Part shown: positions 49,225 to 59,127 of the stretch, in pieces
How positions within the stretch are numbered: position 1 is the stretch's first letter
Layout: each line of letters starts with the position of its first letter
Source: a virus
Taxonomy: Duplodnaviria; Caudoviricetes
Direction: 5' to 3' (one strand)
Length of the DNA stretch: 64,000 nt
Virus record (IMG/VR): IMGVR_UViG_3300028585_000519
Span: 5,001-69,000 of that record
The notes under the pieces: model-generated
Databases searched by the model: none
Told to the model about the DNA's origin: nothing
The model's input: the letters and a program-made list of their open reading frames with translations, nothing else
Position numbers and translations under genes: made by a program

Positions 49225-49827
49225 ATGAAATTACTCGACTACTGGCTGGCCGCCTGGGCCGGCTTCGTAAGTGGCATTGTGACGATGCTGCTGCTGCTAG
49301 CCCTGCTGCTGAGCCTGAGCAGCTGCACCACGAGCCGGCCCCCCGGCACGTTGCCCCCGGTGCCGGTAGACCTGGCCACGGTGCAGCGCCTGGACTCGGC
49401 CACCCTGCAAAACTGGCTGCCTAGCGACCTCTCGGGCCTGCCCCCGTACCTGGTACCGGCCCCGGCCGGCTCCAGTCCCCGGCAGCGCCGGCAGTGGCAA
49501 AAGGCCCAGGCCGAGAACCTGGCCCGCGCCGGGGTGCAGCCCACCACGGTTAAAATCAAAAACAGCAGCGTGGCCACCGCGCCCGGGGCCACGGCCGTCA
49601 ACCGCCCGGCCTCGGCCGTGGCCACTGCTGCCGGCAGCGTGGCCACCGATGCGCGCAAGGCCGGCCAGCGCGGCGGGCCGGGGGCGGTGGCCACGGCCAC
49701 GAGCAGCAGCGGCCTGCCCTGGTGGGTGTATCTATTAGTAGCCGTGCTCGGGGCGGTAGGCTGGGAGTTGTTCTCGGCCAAAGTGGCCCCGGTGCGTCAG
49801 TTGCTCCGGTGGCGAATGGTAAGTTAG
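49225..49827 (+). CDS. Unimolecular spanin-like lipoprotein
   Basis: Lipobox LSSC, C-terminal TM PWWVYLLVAVLG; next to the lysozyme. Confidence 0.7.
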   Translation: MKLLDYWLAAWAGFVSGIVTMLLLLALLLSLSSCTTSRPPGTLPPVPVDLATVQRLDSATLQNWLPSDLSGLPPYLVPAPAGSSPRQRRQWQKAQAENLARAGVQPTTVKIKNSSVATAPGATAVNRPASAVATAAGSVATDARKAGQRGGPGAVATATSSSGLPWWVYLLVAVLGAVGWELFSAKVAPVRQLLRWRMVS

Positions 49828-49958
49828 AGAAAGAGGGGCGTGCGCCTTGCTGGGCTTCGTGTACCTAGACAGTGTACATTTGTAACGAATTGAATGATTG
49901 ACATTTTTTGTTAGTAAGTTATTCGTCATTTTCTAGAAAGCCCCGCCTGATTCAGGCG

Positions 49959-50967
49959 ATGAAAGCCATCTGCTACTTCCCGAGTGCCCCTAAGCAAGGC
50001 AAATTCTACTCGGAGGTCCATGCCTTCGACAATATCAAGAACCTGGGCTTGCAGTACCTGCTCGACCAGCGGGCCTTCATGACGGACTTTACCTTCCAGA
50101 TTGAGCTGATGAACCGCCGCCCCACGACCGTGGAGGGCGGTTTCTACCCGCGCCTCAATACGGCCCTGCACGTGCAGGAGTGCGCCGACGACGACTTTGT
50201 GCTGGGCCTGGCCCTGGGCGACGAGCACACCCCCCGCAAGGGCCGGGGCCAGCCCCAGGGCCTGAATCTGGAGAAGCTCACGGCGGCCCGCGCTTTGCGG
50301 GCGACGCTGACTTCTCCGATAGCCGCGGCGATAGTGACTGCCGCGCCCACCAGCCCCTACGCGTGAGCGTGGACTGGGGCGGTAGCATCACCACGCTGCT
50401 CGTAGGGCAGCCCCATTTGGATAAGCGCGATGCCGCATCCTAAAGAGCCTCTACGTCAAGCACCCGGCTTTTATCAATGACCTCGTGGAGGCCTTTGCCA
50501 ACTATTACTCGTGCTATTTGCGGGGTGAGATTGAGTTCCTAGCCGATGAGGAGTACGGTGATGCCTACCGGCCCAACAGCGAGCTTACCCTCAACAAGAC
50601 GCTCATGGCGGCCTTTCGCAAGCGGGGCTGGCGCATCCAGCGCTACGGGCTGGGCCGTATCCCGGGCCACCCCACGTGCTACGCCCTGGCCCAGGAGCTG
50701 CTAGGGGAGGAGAGCCCCAACCTGCTGCGCATCCGCTTCAACAAGGTCAACTGCAAGGACGTGCTCACGGCCATGCTATTGGCCCCGGTGAGCTAGGACT
50801 CAAAGGGGCGCATCATTAAGGTCAAGGCCAGTGAGAAGAAGACCAGCTTCCTGGCCGAGCACGCCACTCACTTTACTGATAACGTGGATTTGCACCTGCT
50901 CTGCTGCGGCACTGCGGTAATTAACGCCCAAGTGGATTTCAGTCAACTGAGGGTGTTTAGTACGTAA
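49959..50967 (+). pseudogene. Large terminase C-terminal remnant, type C (similar to the prophage 1 terminase)
   Basis: FDNIKNLG, VEGGFYPRL, SVDWGG, RFNKVNCKDVL, HFTDNVD in three frames; TAG at 50794. Confidence 0.85.
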
Positions 50968-50973
50968 AGCATA

Positions 50974-51044
50974 CCTGTTCTAAAATCCGCGATTTACAAA
51001 GCCCCCTTTCTGAGGGCTTTGTAAATCGCGGATTTTAGAACAGG
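50974..51044. repeat. 31-bp perfect inverted repeat between convergent genes
   Basis: 50974-51004 pairs with 51014-51044. Confidence 0.95.
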
Positions 51045-51069
51045 ATGTATCAAACGCCAAGGGTCACAC

Positions 51070-51381
51070 TTAATAAGCGTCTAGCCCATTGACATAACCA
51101 CGCCAATAAAACGGGTCATAACCAACTTCTCTGGCATGCCGAACGGCAATCTGCCGCTCGGCCGCCAGCGCTTCTTCGTATTCAGCGGTTCCCTTACCAT
51201 ACTCTTGGTCTAGTCGAGCTGCAAATGCAAATCCATCCCCATAACCCGACGCAGCTAGCGTATTCTGCGACGTGAGAGCTACCTGCGTAGCTACACTGCC
51301 CCGTGCTGTTGCTGGGGTTGCGCAGCAATAACTGCCTGCTAGCACGAAAGCTAACGAGAAAGCAACATGTATTTTTTTCAT
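51070..51381 (-). CDS. Small secreted cargo protein
   Basis: MKKIHVAFSLAFVLAG signal-like N-terminus; lower GC. Confidence 0.65.
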   Translation of the reverse strand: MKKIHVAFSLAFVLAGSYCCATPATARGSVATQVALTSQNTLAASGYGDGFAFAARLDQEYGKGTAEYEEALAAERQIAVRHAREVGYDPFYWRGYVNGLDAY

Positions 51382-51776
51382 GAGGAAAAGGAAAAGGATG
51401 AAGGAAAGACTCCCTCTTGCTGCGGGCGGGAGCGTAGAAACAAAGGAATGAGCCACCGTAGCTTCACCAAAGGACACAGTGGGAAAATCCAAGACATTTC
51501 GTTTTGTGAATAATTAAAGTTTTTGTTCTGATTTTTAGACTAAAAATCCTTATTTATTGTGCTTGTTGCTTTTTATTATCTGAAGTATTCTATTGGTAAT
51601 TAAATGTTTATGCTGAATGTGTATGCTAGGTAAAGCCAGTGCCTAAAGTAGACATCAGCATACAAGCACAGGGGTGGAAATAGTTAGTGAACCAGTCATA
51701 GTCACTACTAACCAAACCAAGCTGCTTCTCAGGCATTGCTGATGAGCTAGCGCCTGTGGGGTGACAAGCCGGGTAG

Positions 51777-51850
51777 ATATCCCCGAGGCCGCCCCGGCAA
51801 CTGCCGAACCGCGACAGAGCAAGCCGGGCACCGCGCGCGACCGGTGAAAC
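51777..51850. other. Second copy of the conserved post-terminase non-coding block
   Basis: ATATCC...GGCAACTGCC...ACAGAGCA...GCGAC...TGAAAC. Confidence 0.5.
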
Positions 51851-52074
51851 TGTGAAACATCTTTTTGGCCCAAAATCGCTGTTTGCAGCGCGCCAGGACC
51901 ATCTATTCGCCTTAAGGACGCGCTGGCCCTGCTCGACGGGCTGGGTCACTTTCGACCGCCACCGGCAAACGGGCTCGGCCTGGGCCAGCGCGCGGCCGAA
52001 GAGGCGGCCTGCGCCCGCCCACGGCCCGTGAAGAAACCGACGAGGACCGCGCCGCCCTCGCGGCCGATGGCCAG

Positions 52075-53163
52075 GTGCCGGTGCCCACTGGCTCAATGCT
52101 AAGCATGGAGCAGCAGCAACTGGTATTTGCCGGCACCGGCACCGCCTACCACCGGGGCCTACGCGCGGCCATGCGCCTAGGTGGTGCCCTGGGCGCCAGC
52201 AGCCCCACCGGCCCCATCCTTTCCGGCGGGGCTGCGCCCTCGGCTCCGGTCGATAAGAGTGCCAAGGCGGGCCTGGTCGCCCCCTGGGGGCCGGGCAACG
52301 ACTGGCCGCAGTAGGTGCTGGCCGCCCTTACCAAGAGCATCATTCTGTACCCGGTGTTGGACTGGAAAACCCGCGCCGTGTACGGCAGCGGCATTGTCTA
52401 CGGCAAGGTTATCGGCTACAAGCCCGATGGCTCCGAGATTTTTCAGCCTGTCAAGGACCCGGTGCTGCGCGAGTTTTTCCGGCGCAGCAACCTGCCGCGC
52501 TTCGGCTTTGAGGGCCTGCAGGGGCTGCTCCACTTCGGCCAGGCCTTTGCCGAGCTGATTCTTAGCAATGACCGCCGCCAGATTACGAGCGTCACCATTC
52601 AGGACACGCCCTTTTGCCGCTACGCTACCCAGCAGGCGGGCCAGGCCGTGCCGCCGTGGGTGTACATCTCGGCGGGCTGGCCGGCCGCTCAGCCCGGCGA
52701 CGGCTACACCGAGCAGGTGCCCACGCTCGACCCCTACTACAACGCCATCGACGACCTGCGGGCTGACAAGCGCGGCTTCAAATATATCTGGCCGCTCTCG
52801 CTGCCCAGCCCTGGCAATGCCCTTTACCAGGTGCCGGCCTGGAGCGTCATTCTCAAATCCCGGTGGTTCGATGTGGCCCTGGCTGTGCCCGAGTTTAAGA
52901 AGCAGCTCTTCGACAATCAACTCTCCATCAAGTACCTCATTGAGGTAGCCAAAGCCCGCGCCCCGGTGGCCAGCGGTACGAGCCAGGCCCAAGGCTTTAC
53001 CCGGGCCGGGCAGCAGGGTGGGGCAGTGGCTACCGCGCCCAGCGCCGGGGCCACTGCTGGTGCTGGCGTACCAATCTGGTTACTAGGTATAGGATTTCTA
53101 GGCTTGCTAATTTCAGGAATTCGCCACCTAGTTCCGAGGCAACTGAGTCGATGGTTAAAATGA
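52075..53163 (+). pseudogene. Portal remnant (TAG at 52312) fused by deletion to a spanin-like C-terminus
   Basis: PWGPGNDWPQ*, IKYLIEV as in 22850, then TAPSAGATAG..PIWLLGIGFLG. Confidence 0.8.
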
Positions 53164-53465
53164 TGGCATAACTGTGATAACTGATGTAAAGGCTCCGTTA
53201 GCGGGGTTTGTATATCGGTTAAAATGTCGTTTTGAGGGTTAGTCAACAGAAGTATACAATGCCTCTAAAAGTATTGCCATCAAGATATGATTAATTAAAA
53301 TGTAAGATAGGCGCTAAATAGAAAGGTATTATCAAGTTAAAAAAGGGTACTTGAATGTCACAAAATCAGTCACTTTATCCTTTGTTTCAGGCGGTAGTAA
53401 AGCTGTCCTTTGCCTTTAGTCTCGCTGACCCGAGATACACCATTTCACTTCTTTTTAGTTTTCTT

Positions 53466-55175
53466 ATGAATGTTTCTCGACTCATACAGTTCACCCTTTT
53501 GTGTAGCGCGCTCCTGCTTGGGAGCGCGCAGCAAGCAGCGGCGCAAGAAGACGAAAGTTGGTATCGGGAGTACGTACGCAAACGCGCTCAGCAGCACACA
53601 ACCGTGCCCAAGGCCAGCAGCGCAAGGGCTGGGGGGGCAGCACAGCGCGTGAGCGTATGCGATGTGGGGATAAATGGTGACTTTGAAGACCAAAATGCTC
53701 AGCCGACCAGAACAGGAAACATGGGGGGGGAGCTTACGGGGCAAACCGCGCCCGACCAATTAAAAAATTGGTATTCTCCTTCTTTTGCTACTCCTGATTA
53801 CCTAGCTACGAATGCGCCAGCTACGTCGGATGTACAGCCCAATTACGAGAATTCAGTTTTTGGCTCTTCCACGCCGTTCTCAGATAACGGTCACATCGGT
53901 CTCTATACCCGCCAGCAGTTTACTGACACTGCCCCTCGTGACCGAGTAGCAGAGTACGCTAGCGTGCGTTTACCCAATGCCCTCATTGCTGGCGCGCGTT
54001 ACTATGCCGAACTACGCGTTAGTCTCGCCCACGGTAGCTTTTTAACGAACTACGGTATTACCAGTGGCTTTGGGATGCTGTTCACACCTGGCAACGTTAA
54101 CAATATAGGCACACGCGATTTTCTGCCATTCCCAACCACTCCTTATCAAACAATTTTCAATACTACTCCGATTGGGCAGAGTGCCATCAATAATGGCATA
54201 CTGGGCTCTACTAATTGGCAGCGAATATCTGGGCAGCTAGACGGAACCGCTGGAGGGCAGGCTATGCAGTACCTGACTATTGGACTTTTTAATTCGAATG
54301 CTTCCAATCAAACGTTGCTCCCTGGACGAGATGCTACGCGGCCTAATACGTACTTCTTTGTTGACGCGGTGCAGGTCTTCAAGATACCGACTGTTGGGGC
54401 AGCCCCGGCTACCCTTTGTACTGGCTCGGCGGTGACTTTGGGGGAAGGGTGCGATATCCCGGGGGCCTCCTACGCGTGGACGACTACGGGTAATAACACG
54501 CCCTTTGCTAATACCATCCAGACGACAGTGCGCCCCACCACTACCACTACTTACGTACTGACTGTGAGGCTGCCGGATGGTAGCACCTATCCTACTTCGG
54601 CCACCGTCAGAGTGCTGACGGCAGACCCGCAGGGGCTATATGGTAATTTTTATACACACAGGTATGATGGCTGCAGAAGGTATTATAATGTGCGTATGCA
54701 GCAGGTACCCGGTGCTACCAGATACGTGGCGAACGTAGGCGTAGGAGGAAATACTGCTGAAGGAGGAGCGGAGGGAATAGTGGACACCCAGACAGGCAAT
54801 GTGATATTTCCCGTCGACATAGAAGGTGCAGGCTACACTATTACGGCCCACATCACTGTCTTCATAAATGGGTCATGCAGTGGAAGACAGGATTTTGAAT
54901 TTTCGGAATATCTGTACGGTCCTGACCCGAACTGTGGCGGGCCAGGGCCTGGTCAAACGACCATAGCTGCACCCTACCCAAATCCAGCCAGCAGTGCCAT
55001 TACTCTGCCTGTGGGTGTTGAAAGTGCTACGTTGCTCGATAACCACGGTCAAACGGTACGGGTCTTGGATGGCACGAATAAAATTGATGTGCGAACCTTG
55101 CCAGCTGGTCTGTATAATCTACATATGCGACAAGATGGAAAGGTGATTAACAAGCACATTCAAGTAAGCCACTAA
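53466..55175 (+). CDS. T9SS type-A CTD secreted protein (cargo)
   Basis: Signal peptide; NGDFE...SPSFATPDYL CBM-like domain; C-terminal YPNPAS...LPAGLYNLHM. Confidence 0.85.
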   Translation: MNVSRLIQFTLLCSALLLGSAQQAAAQEDESWYREYVRKRAQQHTTVPKASSARAGGAAQRVSVCDVGINGDFEDQNAQPTRTGNMGGELTGQTAPDQLKNWYSPSFATPDYLATNAPATSDVQPNYENSVFGSSTPFSDNGHIGLYTRQQFTDTAPRDRVAEYASVRLPNALIAGARYYAELRVSLAHGSFLTNYGITSGFGMLFTPGNVNNIGTRDFLPFPTTPYQTIFNTTPIGQSAINNGILGSTNWQRISGQLDGTAGGQAMQYLTIGLFNSNASNQTLLPGRDATRPNTYFFVDAVQVFKIPTVGAAPATLCTGSAVTLGEGCDIPGASYAWTTTGNNTPFANTIQTTVRPTTTTTYVLTVRLPDGSTYPTSATVRVLTADPQGLYGNFYTHRYDGCRRYYNVRMQQVPGATRYVANVGVGGNTAEGGAEGIVDTQTGNVIFPVDIEGAGYTITAHITVFINGSCSGRQDFEFSEYLYGPDPNCGGPGPGQTTIAAPYPNPASSAITLPVGVESATLLDNHGQTVRVLDGTNKIDVRTLPAGLYNLHMRQDGKVINKHIQVSH

Positions 55176-55199
55176 TCGTTTTGCGAAACGAGGCTAGCC

Positions 55200-55230
55200 A
55201 AGCCCCAGCCCTCCCGGCTGGGGCTTTTTT
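55200..55230 (+). terminator. Intrinsic terminator
   Basis: AAGCCCCAGCC/GGCTGGGGCTT plus T tract. Confidence 0.8.
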
Positions 55231-55232
55231 GT

Positions 55233-55267
55233 ATCCTTTTCTACCGAGGCAGCCCCCGGCAATTTCG
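55233..55267 (+). promoter_or_regulatory. Phage late promoter motif, copy 7 (element 2)
   Basis: ATCCTTT-N20-CAATTTCG; ATG 4 nt downstream. Confidence 0.65.
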
Positions 55268-55271
55268 GGGC

Positions 55272-56113
55272 ATGGAAACGCTACAAATCGGCAAAATCAC
55301 CAAGCAGGTACCCTCGACCTGGAACGAGCTGCGCCGCCGGCAACTGCTCGACATCCTGGCCGAACTCTACGCCACCCCGCGCCGGGGCCGCCGGCTGCGG
55401 CTGCTCCAGCTGCTCACGGGCTTCCCGCTGCCCCTGCTGGCCACCCAGCCCGACGTGGTGCTGGCCCAGCTACTGCCCCTCACCGACTGGCTCAACAGCG
55501 GGCAGCACCTGCTCACCGAGCAATTGCTGCCCACCCTGGGCATTCCCGGCCGGCACTTCACCGAGCGGCCTACCACCTGGCACGGCCCCCGGGGCACGTG
55601 CAAAACCTCACGTTCGGCGAGTTCATCTTCGCCGACACCTTCTTCGTGCTCTACGCCCTGACTAATAAGGCCGAGCACCTCGACACCTTCCTGACGGTGC
55701 TCTACCGCCCCGCCCGGCGGGTGACGACGGCCGCCGGCCTGGTCGAGCAAAACGCCAGCCCCGCCGATGCCGACTGGAACGGCGACGTGCGCGTGGCTTT
55801 CAACGAGCACCAACTCGAAACCCGCGCCCTGCGCACCAAGCACGTGGCCGCCCTGCAGAAGCTGGCCATCGCCACCTGGTACCGGGGCTGCCGCGCGGAG
55901 CTGGCCCAGGAATTTCCCGGCGTGTTCGTGGCCGCCGGCGAGGATGCGCCGGCCAGTAGCGGCCAGGCCCCCGACTGGAGCCGCGTGCTACGCAAGCTCT
56001 CGGGCGGCGCCTTCGGCACCGTGGCCCAAACCGGCAGCCAGCCCCTGCGCCTGGTGCTGGCCGAAATGCAGGAGCTGGCCGCCCAACCTAAAACCCCCAC
56101 CACCCATGCGTAA
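55272..56113 (+). pseudogene. Tail chaperone-like gene, frameshifted near 55595
   Basis: Homologous to 29455 (WNEL, FGEFIFADTFF, LYRP, WYRGCR). Confidence 0.8.
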
Positions 56114-56608
56114 CGGCCACTACGAAGCCCTCTTTCGCCGGCTGGCCAGTGAGCACTGGCTCATGAATGGCAAAAAGGTGTCGGCCTCGTTCAACGAAAT
56201 GGATGCCGCGGCTAAGAAACTGGCGGCCCAGCTCAACGACCTGGCCAGTGGCCACCCGGGCCGCAAGCAGATGGTGGCCGACTACCAAGCCCTGCAAGAC
56301 CGGATTGAGGGCGTGAAAAAGGAAATGGGTAGCGCCCAGGAGCAAAGCTCGGTATTTAAGCAGGCGCTGGCCTTTGGGGGCGTGAGCCAGCAGGAGGCCA
56401 CGCGGCTAATTCAGCAGGCTTTGCAGCGCGTGGGCAAGGAGTTGGATGAAATCAAGATGCCGGCATCGACTACCTGAAGTCGCTCGAAAACGTGGGCAAG
56501 GGCGTGGAAGAGCTGGTGAACAAAACCAACGCCTACACCCAGCGCCAGCAGCGGCTGTTGGCCTCCGAAACCGAACTGGCCGAGGCGCAGAATGACCTCA
56601 CCAAATGA
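56106..56608 (+). pseudogene. Tail-terminator N-terminus fused to a tape-measure fragment
   Basis: MRNGHYEALFRRLA, then SASFNEMDAAAKKL..HPGRKQMVADYQAL matching the TMP repeats. Confidence 0.7.
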
Positions 56609-56627
56609 GGCATTTGGCGTGGGGTGG

Positions 56628-56665
56628 CAAGCTGCTCGAAAACCAGTTCGTTTTCGAGCAGCTTG
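56628..56665. terminator. Hairpin terminator-like inverted repeat
   Basis: 16-bp perfect stem CAAGCTGCTCGAAAAC. Confidence 0.65.
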
Positions 56666-56874
56666 GCTCAGAAAGACTGGTTCGGGACACGAACAAAAAG
56701 AAATTTTCGGAGCCTACTTGTTAAGCCAGTAAAGCAGTGGCTGGAGGCAATTGCGCGAGGACAATAAGTGTTGAGCAGGAAGGTGCACCTTGCTGAACTA
56801 GGCATGCTACTATCGGTCGCCATCTTAATTTGGCTTTTGGATAGGTAGAGTACGCTTAGCCCAGTGCCAGTTTT

Positions 56875-57303
56875 ATGAAAAAAGCCGCTTCGATTTATTA
56901 TAAGTCTACAGGGTTCATTTTGCAAGCAGTTGCCCCAATGGGGCGGGCTTGGCTAGCCGCCGAGCCTGTCTTACATCTACCTGTCACTGCCTCTGCTGAA
57001 GAACTAGGCAGCGCACTACTAGCAGTTATCCACCCGGCGCAGCAACAAGTAGTTCCGCCTACTGATTGGAAGGAGTTCACTAAACTGAACTTGCGTCGTC
57101 TCAGCATGAAGACAACGAAGCAGCTGCACACAGATTGTAAATTCTGTCATCTAACTGTGGAGGGAGAAACCGTCCAGATTGAGCCGTCAGCTAATCAAAA
57201 GACGGGGTTTGCTTTCTTCGCCAATCAAACGATTACCTTAGAGGGCACACAAGCAATTGCTTTGGGGAATGCTATTCTACAGGCATTGGCGCAGTCTACC
57301 TAA
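56875..57303 (+). CDS. CdiI-like immunity protein (orphan)
   Basis: Resembles CDI/polymorphic-toxin immunity proteins (EELGSALL...LGNAILQAL); no toxin gene nearby. Confidence 0.5.
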   Translation: MKKAASIYYKSTGFILQAVAPMGRAWLAAEPVLHLPVTASAEELGSALLAVIHPAQQQVVPPTDWKEFTKLNLRRLSMKTTKQLHTDCKFCHLTVEGETVQIEPSANQKTGFAFFANQTITLEGTQAIALGNAILQALAQST

Positions 57304-57744
57304 CGTGGATAGTGTGGCTGGTATGCGGCAGCCCTGTTACATAGGTTACACGCTCGTTCAATAACTGATATTTAAGAAGTGACTCGGGCTTTCTAGTATA
57401 TCCATCACGTTATAATTTGGTAGCCAGCACCTACATTTGGCCTCATTGCGCGCATCTACTCCACGACGGTAAATGAGACCTACGACCTCGGAAAGTTCGG
57501 AGCAGCTGACCGAATATGCGTGCGCGTGGATAGATGCGAGCGCAGCCGAATCAGTGCTTACCGCCGATATCTTAGGTAATGAGGTAGTAAAGAAGAGTTG
57601 CTTCGTGAAAGGGGGGCGTATTTACGTCGTGTGAACTGGTAACCGATAACTTATAATAGCCCCATTAAGACCTACTTAATCGCCCTTGCTTGTGCCGCCG
57701 GCCACGGCTGCGACCAGTTGTCCCTCAGTCCTTTCTACTGCTAG

Positions 57745-58161
57745 ATGATGCGTTTCGTCCGCTTTTGCCAGGGTTTGGCAGTCTCTTTTCTTTTAACCGT
57801 TTTATTAGCGGGGCAGACCCGGGCTCAAACCACGCCTGCTGCGGCTGTCTCAGGTGGTGTTACATCGCCTCATCTGATACTGGTAACGGTAAATTGGGGG
57901 GCCAATTTGCTGGGCACGACCTTTCTGCAAGCCACCTTCGATACTGGCGGACGGGGCTTAGCCAACCTGAGCGAAGCGGAGCTGAACAAGAAGTATGCGA
58001 AGGTGCCCGCACCTGCTTCTCCGGCTTCGATTATCAACTTTGTCGTGCAGAGTGGCTACCGAATTGTAAGCTTTTCCACTACGCAGGCTGGGGCTGGGCC
58101 CGATGCCAGCCGCGTCAGCGTCACCAACGGTTATGTCTTTCTCTGCGAGCAGGTACATTAG
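57745..58161 (+). CDS. Small secreted protein
   Basis: Signal peptide ending TRAQ; C-terminal IINFVVQSGYRIV. Confidence 0.7.
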   Translation: MMRFVRFCQGLAVSFLLTVLLAGQTRAQTTPAAAVSGGVTSPHLILVTVNWGANLLGTTFLQATFDTGGRGLANLSEAELNKKYAKVPAPASPASIINFVVQSGYRIVSFSTTQAGAGPDASRVSVTNGYVFLCEQVH

Positions 58162-58387
58162 CATCACTCCAAAGCGAAGTTCGGCAAAACGATAGTTGAA
58201 TTAGAAAAGAAGCTATTTTGCCTATCATAAAGCATCGCTTACAATAGGCAAAAATAGAAGGTGTGGGGCAGGCCAAAAGGTATACCCTGCTGGCCCCCGC
58301 CTAGCCGGTAGCCAAAGCCCGCCCAGGATGGGGCCAGAAAGTAGGGCCAGCGTTGAAGCTTGCTGGCCCCATCGTGCTGGCCTTTTT

Positions 58388-58813
58388 ATGAATTTCGGTT
58401 ATGCCCGCGTGTCGGCCAAGGGCCAAAACCTAGACACCCAACTGGAGTAGCGGCACGCCGCCGGCGTGCCGCGCATCTTTCAAGAGAAAAGCAGCGGTAC
58501 CACCACCCAGCGCCCGCAGCTCGACCAGTTACTAGCCACCCTGCGCGAAGGCGCCACGGTGACGGTCGCCCGATTAAATCGGCTCGGGCGCAACAGCGCC
58601 CACATCATGCAACTCGTGGCCGACTTCAACGCCCGGGGCATGCGCTTTGTGGCCCTGGATTTGGGTATCGATATGGCCACGCCAGCCGGGCGCTTGGTGC
58701 TGGGCATCTTCGCCGCGCTAGCCGAGTACGACCGCGAGCGCATCCGGGAGCGTGCCGCGGGTGGCATTGCCCTGGCCAAGGAGCAGAGCTTGGTAGCTGA
58801 GAAAATCCACTGA
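58388..58813 (+). pseudogene. Serine resolvase with TAG at 58448 and truncated HTH
   Basis: MNFGYARVS..QLE*, LNRLGRN, DMATPAGR, YDRERIRER. Confidence 0.88.
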
Positions 58814-58908
58814 AAATAGCCTCATTTTAGAGAGTAATGTCACCCTTTTAGCTGCCTTTTTGAGAAAAAAGAGGCTTATAGAGTATTTAAACGAACGTTG
58901 AACTTTCT

Positions 58909-58933
58909 GGGTGGCGCGGTCTTTTTTCGTGCC
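58909..58933 (+). repeat. att core at the right end of element 2
   Basis: GGGTGGCGCGGTCTTTTTTCGTGCC. Confidence 0.8.
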
Positions 58934-59054
58934 AAAATTTTGCAAGGTTATAGGCGTTTTTCACAGAAAAATTATATTAAATTTAATATAATTAATGCTG
59001 GGGCATTAGCTTGCGCAGAGGCCCATTTGCGGTTGACTTGTTGGCGCTATGCTA

Positions 59055-59127
59055 AAGCTTCTTGCACACACATGAAAAGGCCCGAAACCGCAGGTTTCGG
59101 GCCTTTTCATGTGTGTGCAAGAAGCTT
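59055..59127. terminator. 35-bp perfect hairpin at the 3' end of the host gene
   Basis: 59055-59089 pairs with 59093-59127. Confidence 0.9.

Larger units (their letters stand above)
42166..58933. mobile_element. Element 2: collapsed prophage remnant, 16.8 kb
   Basis: Bounded by direct repeats; broken integrase and phage gene fragments interleaved with intact cargo. Confidence 0.82.

Noticed and set aside
36352-58450. Five premature stops are all TAG (36352, 43854, 50794, 52312, 58448), suggesting TAG-to-Gln recoding
   Set aside because: Many intact phage genes end in TAG right before the next gene or terminator (e.g. 16684, 17683, 22178, 25625, 30276); no suppressor tRNA is present; four of the five lie in genes that are also frameshifted, deleted or truncated; CAG-to-TAG is the expected common nonsense change in GC-rich DNA
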